Shown here: piece by piece, positions 10,401 to 19,002 of the stretch | Position numbering within the stretch: position 1 is the first letter of the stretch | Layout: every line of letters starts with the position of its first letter | IMG/VR virus record: IMGVR_UViG_3300001869_000005 | Coordinates: 1 to 64,000 of that record | DNA: 64,000 nucleotides | Strand: one strand, 5' to 3' | Source: a virus | Lineage: Duplodnaviria; Caudoviricetes | Notes under the pieces: generated by a model | Database searches by the model: none | What the model was told of the DNA's origin: nothing | The model's input: the letters and a program-made list of their open reading frames with translations, nothing else | Made by a program: the position numbers and the translations under genes

Positions 10401-10919
10401 TTACTTACTTAAAGTACGATTGATTTTAAGTTTCAAAGAAACCTTATCAGATATTTCTTCATTAATAAATCTTAGTACTTTATATCCATTTTTATTTAAA
10501 TCTACTGTTCTATTATAATCTTTTTCCATCTGTTCTTTTTGAGAATGATATCCCCCGTCTATTTCAATTATTAAATTTGCGGAAGGTATATAAAAATCTG
10601 CAATATAAAACTTTGTAATTTTATTATTCTGATGAATATACACAATCTTCTGAAATTCAAAATGAATGTTTTCCTCCTTTAAAAAAGTATCAAAGGTTTT
10701 TTCTGATTGGGTTCTATTTTTTAGAAGATCTTTTTTAAATTTCTTAGCAGTTGCTATATAAAATTTATTAGATTCTAAATCTTTACCAGACAAATAATAA
10801 GGATCTAATAATTTATTTTTAGATGCTTTTACTTTTTTAGTTCTTTTTTCTGCTCTTTTTTGTGCGGCTTTTTCAAATTTTAATTTTATTGCTACGTTAT
10901 CATAGTTTTTCTTATTCAT
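10401..10919 (-). CDS. DUF559/Vsr-like endonuclease, copy 1, with Lys-rich N-terminal extension
   Basis: FYIADFY..IEIDGGYH..DYNRT..GYKVLRFIN. Confidence 0.9.
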   Translation of the reverse strand: MNKKNYDNVAIKLKFEKAAQKRAEKRTKKVKASKNKLLDPYYLSGKDLESNKFYIATAKKFKKDLLKNRTQSEKTFDTFLKEENIHFEFQKIVYIHQNNKITKFYIADFYIPSANLIIEIDGGYHSQKEQMEKDYNRTVDLNKNGYKVLRFINEEISDKVSLKLKINRTLSK

Positions 10920-10924
10920 AATAA

Positions 10925-11252
10925 TATATTATTATAATTTCTTATGTTTATTCTTTCTTTTAGATCTAATAGATATAGAAGGTCCTAGCCAATTTAATGA
11001 CTAAGCGAGTATTAAACTCTTATATACTTTAACTTTCACAAACTGCGTCTTAATACATTTCTGTATGTATACCCAATTAAGCTCTTATGTCCTCTACCAT
11101 TCAATTGCTAGGTGGCTAAAGTTTGCTTATATTAAAGCTTTTGTCCTATCAGTTAATCTCCACTAAATGTGTACAAACCGATTTAACCCTCTCATGTAGT
11201 TCCTTCTAAGACTAGACTGCTGGGTGAATGTAATTAGCAAATTCATTACGGA
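10925..11252 (-). ncRNA. Candidate ~330-nt non-coding leader RNA upstream of the DUF559 pair
   Basis: Lies between a promoter and the first ATG; no convincing ORF; hairpins ATACA-GAAA-TGTAT, TTAGTCA/TGGCTAG, GAGT/ACTC. Confidence 0.5.
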
Positions 11253-11257
11253 CAGTA

Positions 11258-11288
11258 CAAAGGTAATAAAAAAAATGATATAAACAAA
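11258..11288 (-). promoter_or_regulatory. Bacteroidota sigma70-type promoter
   Basis: -33 TTTG (11285-11288), 19-nt spacer, -7 TACCTTTG. Confidence 0.8.
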
Positions 11289-11321
11289 CAAATAAGCAAT
11301 TTATTTATATCAATATAAAAT

Positions 11322-11714
11322 TTATATTATTTTGTGTAAACAAAGCCGCCGTTCAATTCGAGTTAATGTAAATCCTAAATCTTTTAAACCCCACATATAT
11401 GTTTTCTTTCTTCTGTTATCATCCCACCCAATACACAAGTGATTTATCTTATTTTTATGATCTACATTATTTATAAAATCTATTATACAACTCTTTGCCC
11501 ACAAGAGAGATTTTAATCCATCTCTACCAGTTTGTTGATTCCATTCATATCCATTTTTGCGTTTACCAATCCAGAATACTACATTCCAATAGATTAGGTT
11601 ACTATACCCTTCACATTCAAATGTTAGATTGAGTAATTGTCCAAATTCATTTTTGGTCTTATAGATTACATCATCCCAATCATTTTTAGAAGAATTGATT
11701 TGATATTGATTCAT
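11322..11714 (-). CDS. Hypothetical protein with its own promoter (moron-like)
   Basis: 130 aa ORF flanked by two promoters. Confidence 0.7.
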   Translation of the reverse strand: MNQYQINSSKNDWDDVIYKTKNEFGQLLNLTFECEGYSNLIYWNVVFWIGKRKNGYEWNQQTGRDGLKSLLWAKSCIIDFINNVDHKNKINHLCIGWDDNRRKKTYMWGLKDLGFTLTRIERRLCLHKII

Positions 11715-11736
11715 TGTATTTAATTATTTAATAATA

Positions 11737-11768
11737 CAAAGGTAAATAAAAAATTCCATATATGCAAA
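11737..11768 (-). promoter_or_regulatory. Bacteroidota sigma70-type promoter
   Basis: -33 TTTG (11765-11768), 20-nt spacer, -7 TACCTTTG. Confidence 0.8.
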
Positions 11769-11779
11769 TTTTTAAGGGA

Positions 11780-12640
11780 TTATTTTTAGTAAATGGATAA
11801 AATAATTTTTTTTAAATTTTTTAGAATATTTTTGAAAGTAATTTTTATTGATATGTGTGTGGGATACTATAGTACAACCTCCCGCCCCTAAAATTAAATT
11901 GGATCACTCCCCCCGGTCTAATTGACTAACAAAGCATTACAGTCTAACTTATCCTAAGTTAAGAAGCCTAAGTTAAACAAGCAAATCCCACACATCCTAT
12001 CCTTTAGTACCATTACTAACCATTAACATTAGATACTATGCACAACAGATTAAGAGTTAAAAGAGTACATTCTATAAAGGTCTGTACTGTTCAAGCATGT
12101 TCAATCATATACTACTAATACAATGACTAAGTCTAATAAAGAGTTATTGTACTCTACATTATGCTTAATAGGCTTTGTATGTGCTATGTGTGTATTGATG
12201 TGTATACTACATTAAGTTCTTAGAGGTAGCAGCATCGTCTTGAGCATCGAAGATGCGAAAGACATGCTATGCTACCGATTCCTCTCTCTTCCCGAAGGGA
12301 AGGTTTAGTGTATTCACGAAGTGAATGCATTGTTAATCAGGTTAATCATATCCTATAGGATTAATAAATATGTTCAGGCATTTTTACAAATTGCCCTATT
12401 TATCTTTTATCTCTATAGGAAATTATTAACTCTTTTCATTATTAACCACTTCGACCTATTAATATATCCACTCATTACTAGGCTCGCTATCGCTCGCAGC
12501 GATTTTTATGCTTTATTAATACAATTCAGCAAATCTAATCTTTTTAATAAGCAAATCTACTCACTCCCTTTCCTTCAGCACGCACCTAATTCGAGTTAAT
12601 AGGTGTATCAAATTAAATATTACAAACCCTTTTATATACA
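11780..12640. other. Divergence region between late (minus) and early (plus) blocks; candidate origin, genome end or early promoter region
   Basis: Strand switch, no convincing ORF, C-tracts at 11878-11918, three C(GAA)G hairpins at 12244-12330. Confidence 0.5.
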
Positions 12641-12648
12641 TTACAATT

Positions 12649-12999
12649 ATGGCAAAATTCGTTTTAACCGCATCCAAACCTGCTAATGCAGATGCAACCA
12701 AGTTGAAATTTCATGCAACCATGTCCCCAGAACAATTCAAAGCGCTTTACGCTGATGAAAAGGGTGTTGGTGTATTTATCAATCCCAAAGGTAACAAACA
12801 TCCCAAGGGATACTTCATGGCCTGGAAGGACAATGAAGGTGTTACTTACAACGGTGCTGTATCTACCAAGATTACAACTCCTGAAGAATTCACCAGCCCG
12901 GTTATCAGTGTTGTCAGTACTCCTGACAAACCCGATGAATTGTTCGTATTGATGCACAATCAATCTGAACTTCAGGATAACTCCGTTATCACTTTCTAA
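12649..12999 (+). CDS. First early gene, hypothetical, probably highly expressed
   Basis: 116 aa; many C-ending codons (TTC, ATC, TAC); followed by a strong hairpin. Confidence 0.8.
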   Translation: MAKFVLTASKPANADATKLKFHATMSPEQFKALYADEKGVGVFINPKGNKHPKGYFMAWKDNEGVTYNGAVSTKITTPEEFTSPVISVVSTPDKPDELFVLMHNQSELQDNSVITF

Positions 13000-13007
13000 A
13001 GATTACT

Positions 13008-13047
13008 CCAGTATTGCAACTGTACTCGACAGTTGCTTTACTGGTTT
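13008..13047 (+). terminator. Stem-loop terminator
   Basis: CCAGTATTGCAACTGT...ACAGTTGCTTTACTGG-TTT. Confidence 0.6.
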
Positions 13048-13079
13048 AATGTAATAAAGCAAATCTATTATAGGTTAAC

Positions 13080-13130
13080 TTTTAACCATGTATATTTTTA
13101 TCTTACTATATTTTTAACCATGTATATTTT
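13080..13130. repeat. Direct repeat TTTTAACCATGTATATTTT, two copies plus a partial third
   Basis: Copies near 13080 and 13112. Confidence 0.7.
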
Positions 13131-13136
13131 AATACC

Positions 13137-13274
13137 ATGAAATCTATATTAATCTTTTTATTCTTTGTTATAACTTTCATATACTTTACTTTTGTAGTAT
13201 TCCAAATATATATAGCAATAGGAATTATTGCGATAGCGTTGGGATTATTCATTGGATATATTATGTCCAAATAA
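13137..13274 (+). CDS. Small hydrophobic membrane peptide (45 aa)
   Basis: MKSILIFLFFVITFIYFTFVVFQIYIAIGIIAIALGLFIGYIMSK. Confidence 0.5.
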   Translation: MKSILIFLFFVITFIYFTFVVFQIYIAIGIIAIALGLFIGYIMSK

Positions 13275-13893
13275 AGATATTTATACACCTATATTATATA
13301 GATGTATTTTCAATTAAGCCAACAAGTCAAAATAGGGTATGCTTATTAATTAAGTACTAGATAGATACTATTGGTTTAAGGGTGTTTTTCATAGTTACAT
13401 AATTTGCATTAAATACTTGCTACTATTGTGAACTAAATAGTACAATCTGGTAAGACTTAAAGAAGGTTTACACGGTAAATCTTTAGTCAGATCAAGTGTT
13501 TATTTGTGGTATTTTGTGGTTAATTCAGTGGGTTTTTAGTGAAGTTTTAGCATTATTAAAGTGTTGTTAATTGTTTGTAAGTTATTGAGTGTGAATGGGT
13601 TAGTGTATAAACACACCCCCAACATTTCCCCTTAAATTAAAATCTGTAATTAAACAAAACTTCTAATTGAATAACTCTTTTAACCATTCCATTATTAATT
13701 AATCCTCTAAAATACACAAATTATATCATGAATAAAACCCTATTTACCGTAAAAAATCTTCACCAAATCATCCTTTTAAAAACAGATGATCCGGAAACAG
13801 CATATAATTTATGTATTTCTACTTCAAATACCATCATTTATGATGAGAATAATCAGAAATTAATGCACAGTATTAATAATTAAATAATATATT

Positions 13894-14130
13894 ATGATAA
13901 AAAATATATTCTTACCAAACAATTCCACATTACAAGAATTCTTAATAGAATTTTGTGATAAAAGGAAATTACTCACATTGTCTGGTTTATCCATAATAAC
14001 TGGTATTAATCAGAAACAATTATCCCACTACAAATCTGGTTTACGCAATCCTAATACTAAAACATTATTAGTCTTTAAAACCCTTTTGTATAGATTTGCA
14101 AAAGAATTAGAAAACATTCAAGTGTATTAA
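13894..14130 (+). CDS. XRE-type HTH protein resembling the DNA-binding domain of Bacteroidota HicB-like antitoxins
   Basis: LTLSGLSIITGINQKQLSHYKSGLRNP. Confidence 0.75.
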   Translation: MIKNIFLPNNSTLQEFLIEFCDKRKLLTLSGLSIITGINQKQLSHYKSGLRNPNTKTLLVFKTLLYRFAKELENIQVY

Positions 14131-14150
14131 TAATCAAATCCCATAAAAAT

Positions 14151-14648
14151 ATGAACGAATTTAAAGGACAACTTAAAGGATTTCCACCAGAAGTAGTGGA
14201 AAAGATATTGGAATATCAAGTAAAACAAGGTAATCCTCGTAACATTGAAGTATTTGAAGAACGAATTTGCTCATTAAAAGCTTCTGGAGGCTTTGATTGG
14301 CTTAATACTATTGAAGGATTAGATTTTTGGAATAGAGTATTATTTCACAAAAATTGGAATGTATTCTTTGAAAAATATCCCAAAAATGTATATCCAAAAG
14401 TTATGCTTGTTTCTACCAATAAAGAATTTATTAGTGCAGAAATACGGGTTGTATTCATGGAAAAATGTGACCGCTATTTAGCTTGGTCTAATACAACAAC
14501 TTTAGAAGATTCAGAAAAAGAACCCTATGCAACCACTTGGCCATATGCTAAAGATTTACCTGAAGAACCAGTAATTACAGAAGTAACTTTGGAAGAAGTT
14601 GCTAAAGTAATGAACATACCTTTACAACAATTAAGGATTAAAAAGTAA
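14151..14648 (+). CDS. Hypothetical phage protein
   Basis: 165 aa; C-terminal VTLEEVAKVMNIPLQQLRIKK module. Confidence 0.8.
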   Translation: MNEFKGQLKGFPPEVVEKILEYQVKQGNPRNIEVFEERICSLKASGGFDWLNTIEGLDFWNRVLFHKNWNVFFEKYPKNVYPKVMLVSTNKEFISAEIRVVFMEKCDRYLAWSNTTTLEDSEKEPYATTWPYAKDLPEEPVITEVTLEEVAKVMNIPLQQLRIKK

Positions 14649-15122
14649 TTACTTAAATCTAATAAATGCTAATATTTATCATTGGAATGATACTTACATT
14701 ATATATAGTGTGGTATCACATATGTTTTAAATATTTTTATTTATTATTATTTATTGCCGTGGTTAGAATAACTTATGCCATTAATCCCATTTTGACAAGG
14801 CAATGTGCCTCAACGTATGGCTAAAGAAGCATGGGAAGTCCTATATGGCAGACTCTACTTAGGTAGAAGATCTTATAAATATATAATAAAACAATCCGGT
14901 AATATACATAGAGATTTGCTTAATATAAAGTAAATCTCTAATTTTTAAGCTAGTTTAGTAAAACAGCCACGTGAGTCAACATTAGTTGATATGAAGAAAA
15001 AGGTGGGATGCCTTCCTGTTTTTAAAAAAACTTAATAACTTCACAAGTCATTGAGTGCACCAGTTTCTATTGGATTAACATAAGGCGGGAATAGTAATAT
15101 TCAGAGTTTAAGAAACTAGTTT

Positions 15123-15884
15123 ATGTCAATTTATAGTTTTAGGTGTAAAATGCAAATAATTATTAATCTTAAAAACAAAGATCTTATGACAAGTTTAAAA
15201 GAAATCAATGGTAGATATTATATATCTGCAAAAGTAGTTATGTTTCCTACAAAAGCAGCAACACATATAAAATCTTTTAAAAATGGGATGTTATATGGAG
15301 ATTTTAAAAAATGTTGGATTCGTATGGACGAATTATTTCAACATCTTTATTTCACCTCTGATGAAGAAATTAAAGAAAATGATTGGGTATTAAGAGGTGT
15401 TAAAACAATTCAACAGATAAATAGTTTAAATGCTTATTCTAATACTGGATGCATAACATTAGGATTTGCACAAAAGTATTGTAAAAAAATTATTGCAACA
15501 ACTGATAAATCATTGGGTTTACCAGAATTATCTTATTCTTTTATTCAAAAATATATTGAAGAATATAATAAAGGTAATATAATTACTGATGTTTTAGTTG
15601 AATATGATAAAGTAATGACTACTTTTTTAGATAGATTAGTCCCTCTCATAGATGGTAAAGATATGTATGGAACTTCTTGTAAATACAAATTGGTATTGAA
15701 AAGAAAACCTGATAACACCATTATTGTCAACAAGGTAAAAGATTCTTGGAATAGAGAAGAACATATCCAAGATTTAGAAAGAGTCCTTGAGTTAGGTATG
15801 AATATTAGACAAAACCAAATAACTGGAGATTGTGATAAATCTGGTAAAGAACTTTTAAAAGAATGGATTAAAGAAAATTTATAA
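15123..15884 (+). CDS. Hypothetical phage protein (start may be 15187)
   Basis: 253 aa; QHLYFTSDEEIKE..KKIIATTD. Confidence 0.8.
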   Translation: MSIYSFRCKMQIIINLKNKDLMTSLKEINGRYYISAKVVMFPTKAATHIKSFKNGMLYGDFKKCWIRMDELFQHLYFTSDEEIKENDWVLRGVKTIQQINSLNAYSNTGCITLGFAQKYCKKIIATTDKSLGLPELSYSFIQKYIEEYNKGNIITDVLVEYDKVMTTFLDRLVPLIDGKDMYGTSCKYKLVLKRKPDNTIIVNKVKDSWNREEHIQDLERVLELGMNIRQNQITGDCDKSGKELLKEWIKENL

Positions 15885-16271
15885 ACAATATAAATAAATT
15901 TATTATATGAAAAAACAACATCAATTAATTGATAACAACGGAAAAATATTAGCCAAGAGTTTCAGTCATAAAAGAATTGAAGCCAAAGCCGCCAATGCTA
16001 ACCGTGAAACAAAAGTAGTAATGGTAATGATTAAACGACAATCATAATATAAAGAAGCGGTAGTAATTCTCCGATGAATTGAGGAGCCCAGACTACTGGT
16101 TTAAGCGACATACCCTCAAAGAGATTGACAAAAAGAGTCGCCCACATAAGAAAACTTTATTTGTTTTTTATTCGTTTTTGAGCAAATACATTAAGTTAAG
16201 TTTCCAACACTCAGTCCTACTTGAGATTGGTTATAGACTTTTATTAATTTGAAATTAATTTAAATAAATAT

Positions 16272-16538
16272 ATGCCATATATAGAAATTATCAAAAAAAT
16301 CCTAACAACGGGTCAAATAACTCTAGAAGAGCTTAATATATTTTTAGATGAGTATATTACCAATAGATTAAAACGTCCTGTATCACCTGAGCAATTAAAT
16401 GCTATTGTAGAATTAATTACTAAGGGAGTATTTGATTTAAAATATGCAGCTACTCAAGTAGCAATATTGGCTAATTTAAATGTGTTATCTGTACTGGATG
16501 GAAATAATAGTGTAATTACTACAATTGTTTACGAATAA
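16272..16538 (+). CDS. Hypothetical protein
   Basis: 88 aa ORF. Confidence 0.7.
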   Translation: MPYIEIIKKILTTGQITLEELNIFLDEYITNRLKRPVSPEQLNAIVELITKGVFDLKYAATQVAILANLNVLSVLDGNNSVITTIVYE

Positions 16539-16558
16539 TCAATTAATACTTAGATGTT

Positions 16559-16891
16559 ATGAAATCACTTGAATTAACTCAACAACAAAAGGATAAACTC
16601 CTTGAAATGTGTAAGGTTTTGTTTCCTGAAATATATTCAGAAGACACAAATATTTTCGACATTAGGGGAGGAGATAATGATACTTGGTATATTATGCATT
16701 ATGGTGGTAAAGAATGGGATATTATAATTCATTGGTTTGAATTAATGTGGATTATTCTCAATAAAATCTGTGAAACTAGAGAACCTCTTGAAACACATTA
16801 TTTAAGCACTCAATTTGGAATGGTATGTTTTAACAGATCTAAAGCATCTCATCCAGTAGATTATTTGTACGAAATCTTTAAAGATAAATAA
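16559..16891 (+). CDS. Hypothetical protein
   Basis: 110 aa; KLLEMCKVLFPE..IHWFE..HPVDYLY. Confidence 0.75.
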   Translation: MKSLELTQQQKDKLLEMCKVLFPEIYSEDTNIFDIRGGDNDTWYIMHYGGKEWDIIIHWFELMWIILNKICETREPLETHYLSTQFGMVCFNRSKASHPVDYLYEIFKDK

Positions 16892-17059
16892 ATATGAGAA
16901 CATTTAAAAACATTATAATTGTCTTGCTTATTCCATTTTTTAGAGTTACTAAGAAAATGGAGTATGCTATGACTTATCGTAATAAATATCGCGTAAGATA
17001 TTATATCTTATACTTTATTAAAATCGCTGATTTTTATATTTACCTTAATAATAGAAATT

Positions 17060-17215
17060 ATGACTAATCAGAAAAAAGTTGAACGATTAACCAGAGAAGG
17101 TTACCTCGTTACAGAACATCCACATATGATGGCAAAATTTGTAGTAAGTAAAGATGATAAGATTTGGGTAGCTAAAAACATACACCAAATATTTAAACCA
17201 ATTTTTGGATATTAA
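17060..17215 (+). CDS. Small hypothetical protein (51 aa)
   Basis: MTNQKKVERL...IFGY. Confidence 0.5.
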   Translation: MTNQKKVERLTREGYLVTEHPHMMAKFVVSKDDKIWVAKNIHQIFKPIFGY

Positions 17216-17233
17216 CATGTAATATTTAATATT

Positions 17234-17440
17234 ATGAAAACTTCAAAACCCTATAAACAATCAAACCCGATTTGTCCACACGACAAACAAGAATGTAAAC
17301 CTAATTTCACTGGGTTTATGAAAATGGATGGTTACTTAGATTGTTCTAATTGTCCTCGCTATTGTAATGGTGTAAGAGCCACGGGTGGTATGCCAGGACT
17401 TGCAATGATTTGTAATTGTTTTAAAAAGTTATTTAAATAA
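17234..17440 (+). CDS. Small Cys-rich protein
   Basis: 68 aa with several Cys pairs. Confidence 0.6.
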   Translation: MKTSKPYKQSNPICPHDKQECKPNFTGFMKMDGYLDCSNCPRYCNGVRATGGMPGLAMICNCFKKLFK

Positions 17441-17773
17441 TCCTTGTGAATTATTTGAAATATAGTTGAAAAACATTGACTCAACTTTAAATAAGAATGA
17501 GAATTGAAAGATTCTAAGTATTGTTCTCCTTTAGCAAGAGAATGGAGTATAGAGTAAACGTTGCAGTGCACGCCTTACTACAATACTAATGAGATGCTAA
17601 GCAAAATGATTATGGTTGAAGCTTAGATGAAGTAGAATAAAGCTAAGGGTTTGGCTCTACAGAATTTCTAAGAAACCCCGAAAGACCCACAGTAATTATT
17701 GTGACCGGACCAAGTAATGTTGACGGTGCTAAGATTTCTGAAATATCTTTGAAATAAATACTATCCACCAGGA
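17441..17773 (+). ncRNA. Candidate large structured ncRNA, possibly ROOL-like
   Basis: Non-coding gap of about 400 nt; end pairing TCCTTGTG/CACCAGGA; many hairpins; two segments recalled as ROOL-like (unverified). Confidence 0.5.
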
Positions 17774-17847
17774 GATACAATCTGTTAGTATTTCATAATA
17801 TAGAAATGAGTCAGATTATTTATTTTTAAATTAAAAACAATTTATAA

Positions 17848-18213
17848 GTGTATAGAATTATGTCAGAACAAGAAATCTTAAAAATAATAACAGATAATTT
17901 TCTCTGTATAAGAAGATTACCCTTTGAAGTAGTTTCTTACTGGACTTATAAAGAAGGAGACGAACTTAAAAAATGGGTTGATTCTAAAGGGAATCCTAGT
18001 AAATCACAGAAATCTTTGGTTATTCGAGAAGATGGGAAAAAATTACTTAAAGAAGTAAGAATTATTGAACAAGGTGGTTGGTGGTATGTTAAACCCATTA
18101 ATAATACTGATAGTACTATCAGATTCAGTAGAGAATATGATAAATTCTTTGCACCTACTTTAGAAGAAGCTATTAAACTTTATTTAAATTCAAAATTATG
18201 CCAAAAGAAATAA
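17848..18213 (+). CDS. Hypothetical protein
   Basis: 121 aa ORF. Confidence 0.7.
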   Translation: MYRIMSEQEILKIITDNFLCIRRLPFEVVSYWTYKEGDELKKWVDSKGNPSKSQKSLVIREDGKKLLKEVRIIEQGGWWYVKPINNTDSTIRFSREYDKFFAPTLEEAIKLYLNSKLCQKK

Positions 18214-18455
18214 ATTTAGGAGAAATATTCGATAACAATTTTGATTGTTATACAGAAACAATGGACACTATTAATATTCAAGCAATGTCAAAAGAAGGTT
18301 TTATTAAACAAGTTAAATTAATTTGTAAACAAACACTTGAATTAGCAGTAGAAAATGCTCAAATAAAAGCATGTAACGAGTATATGGGAGAAAAATTTGG
18401 ATATTTAACCATAAATAAACAATCAATCTTAAATACAATTAACCAAATAAAATAA
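18198..18455 (+). CDS. Hypothetical protein
   Basis: 85 aa ORF. Confidence 0.7.
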   Translation: MPKEINLGEIFDNNFDCYTETMDTINIQAMSKEGFIKQVKLICKQTLELAVENAQIKACNEYMGEKFGYLTINKQSILNTINQIK

Positions 18456-18458
18456 TTT

Positions 18459-18680
18459 ATGGCACAAAAAAGAACTGACATATTTGGTGTTGAACCAGAA
18501 ATAGGTGATTTAATAGCATTTAATCCAGCACATTATAAAGGATTATGTGTAAGTAGATGTGTTGGCTTCTCACAATCTGGATTACCAGAAGTAGAAGCGG
18601 ATAAAAACAGTAACTATGGCTTTCTAAACAATAATCTTAATTATACTCCTAAAACAGGATTTGTAGTACATAAACAATAA
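18459..18680 (+). CDS. Hypothetical protein (small beta-barrel-like)
   Basis: DIFGVEPEIGDLIAF. Confidence 0.7.
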   Translation: MAQKRTDIFGVEPEIGDLIAFNPAHYKGLCVSRCVGFSQSGLPEVEADKNSNYGFLNNNLNYTPKTGFVVHKQ

Positions 18681-19002
18681 AATATAAAATCAAATTAGAT
18701 TGGAGCAAACAATATGAATGTAGTAATATAAACTATTTACAGATAGTTGTGTTTGTGTAAATATACATCTTGCTTTTTAAGTAGAAGCCTGAGTACTATT
18801 AAAGTACAGTGTATTCCCTGTAAGGACTAATTTGATTTTTTAATTATAAACTTATTACAATATAATAGTGATAATATTTAGAATAGCCAGTTATAAGGTG
18901 ACATAAAGCAGTCACATTTTAAAGGAGTTAATATTACCTTAAAGATCCGCAATAACTGTGATAGATATTAAAATAGCCTATTTGAGTAATAAGTTTTAAA
19001 AC

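Noticed and set aside
10925-11252. Group I intron or protein-coding gene upstream of the DUF559 pair
   Set aside because: No flanking exon, no recognisable P7 core, and only a 39-codon ORF even with TAG readthrough
12321-12599. 92-aa plus-strand ORF
   Set aside because: GTG start lies inside a hairpin and the composition looks like translated non-coding DNA
13080-13140. CRISPR-like or guide array
   Set aside because: Only two full copies with a 13-nt spacer; no array found anywhere in the window by eye
14956-15022. Canonical hammerhead ribozyme
   Set aside because: Topology is similar but the CUGAnGA and GAAA core is not matched
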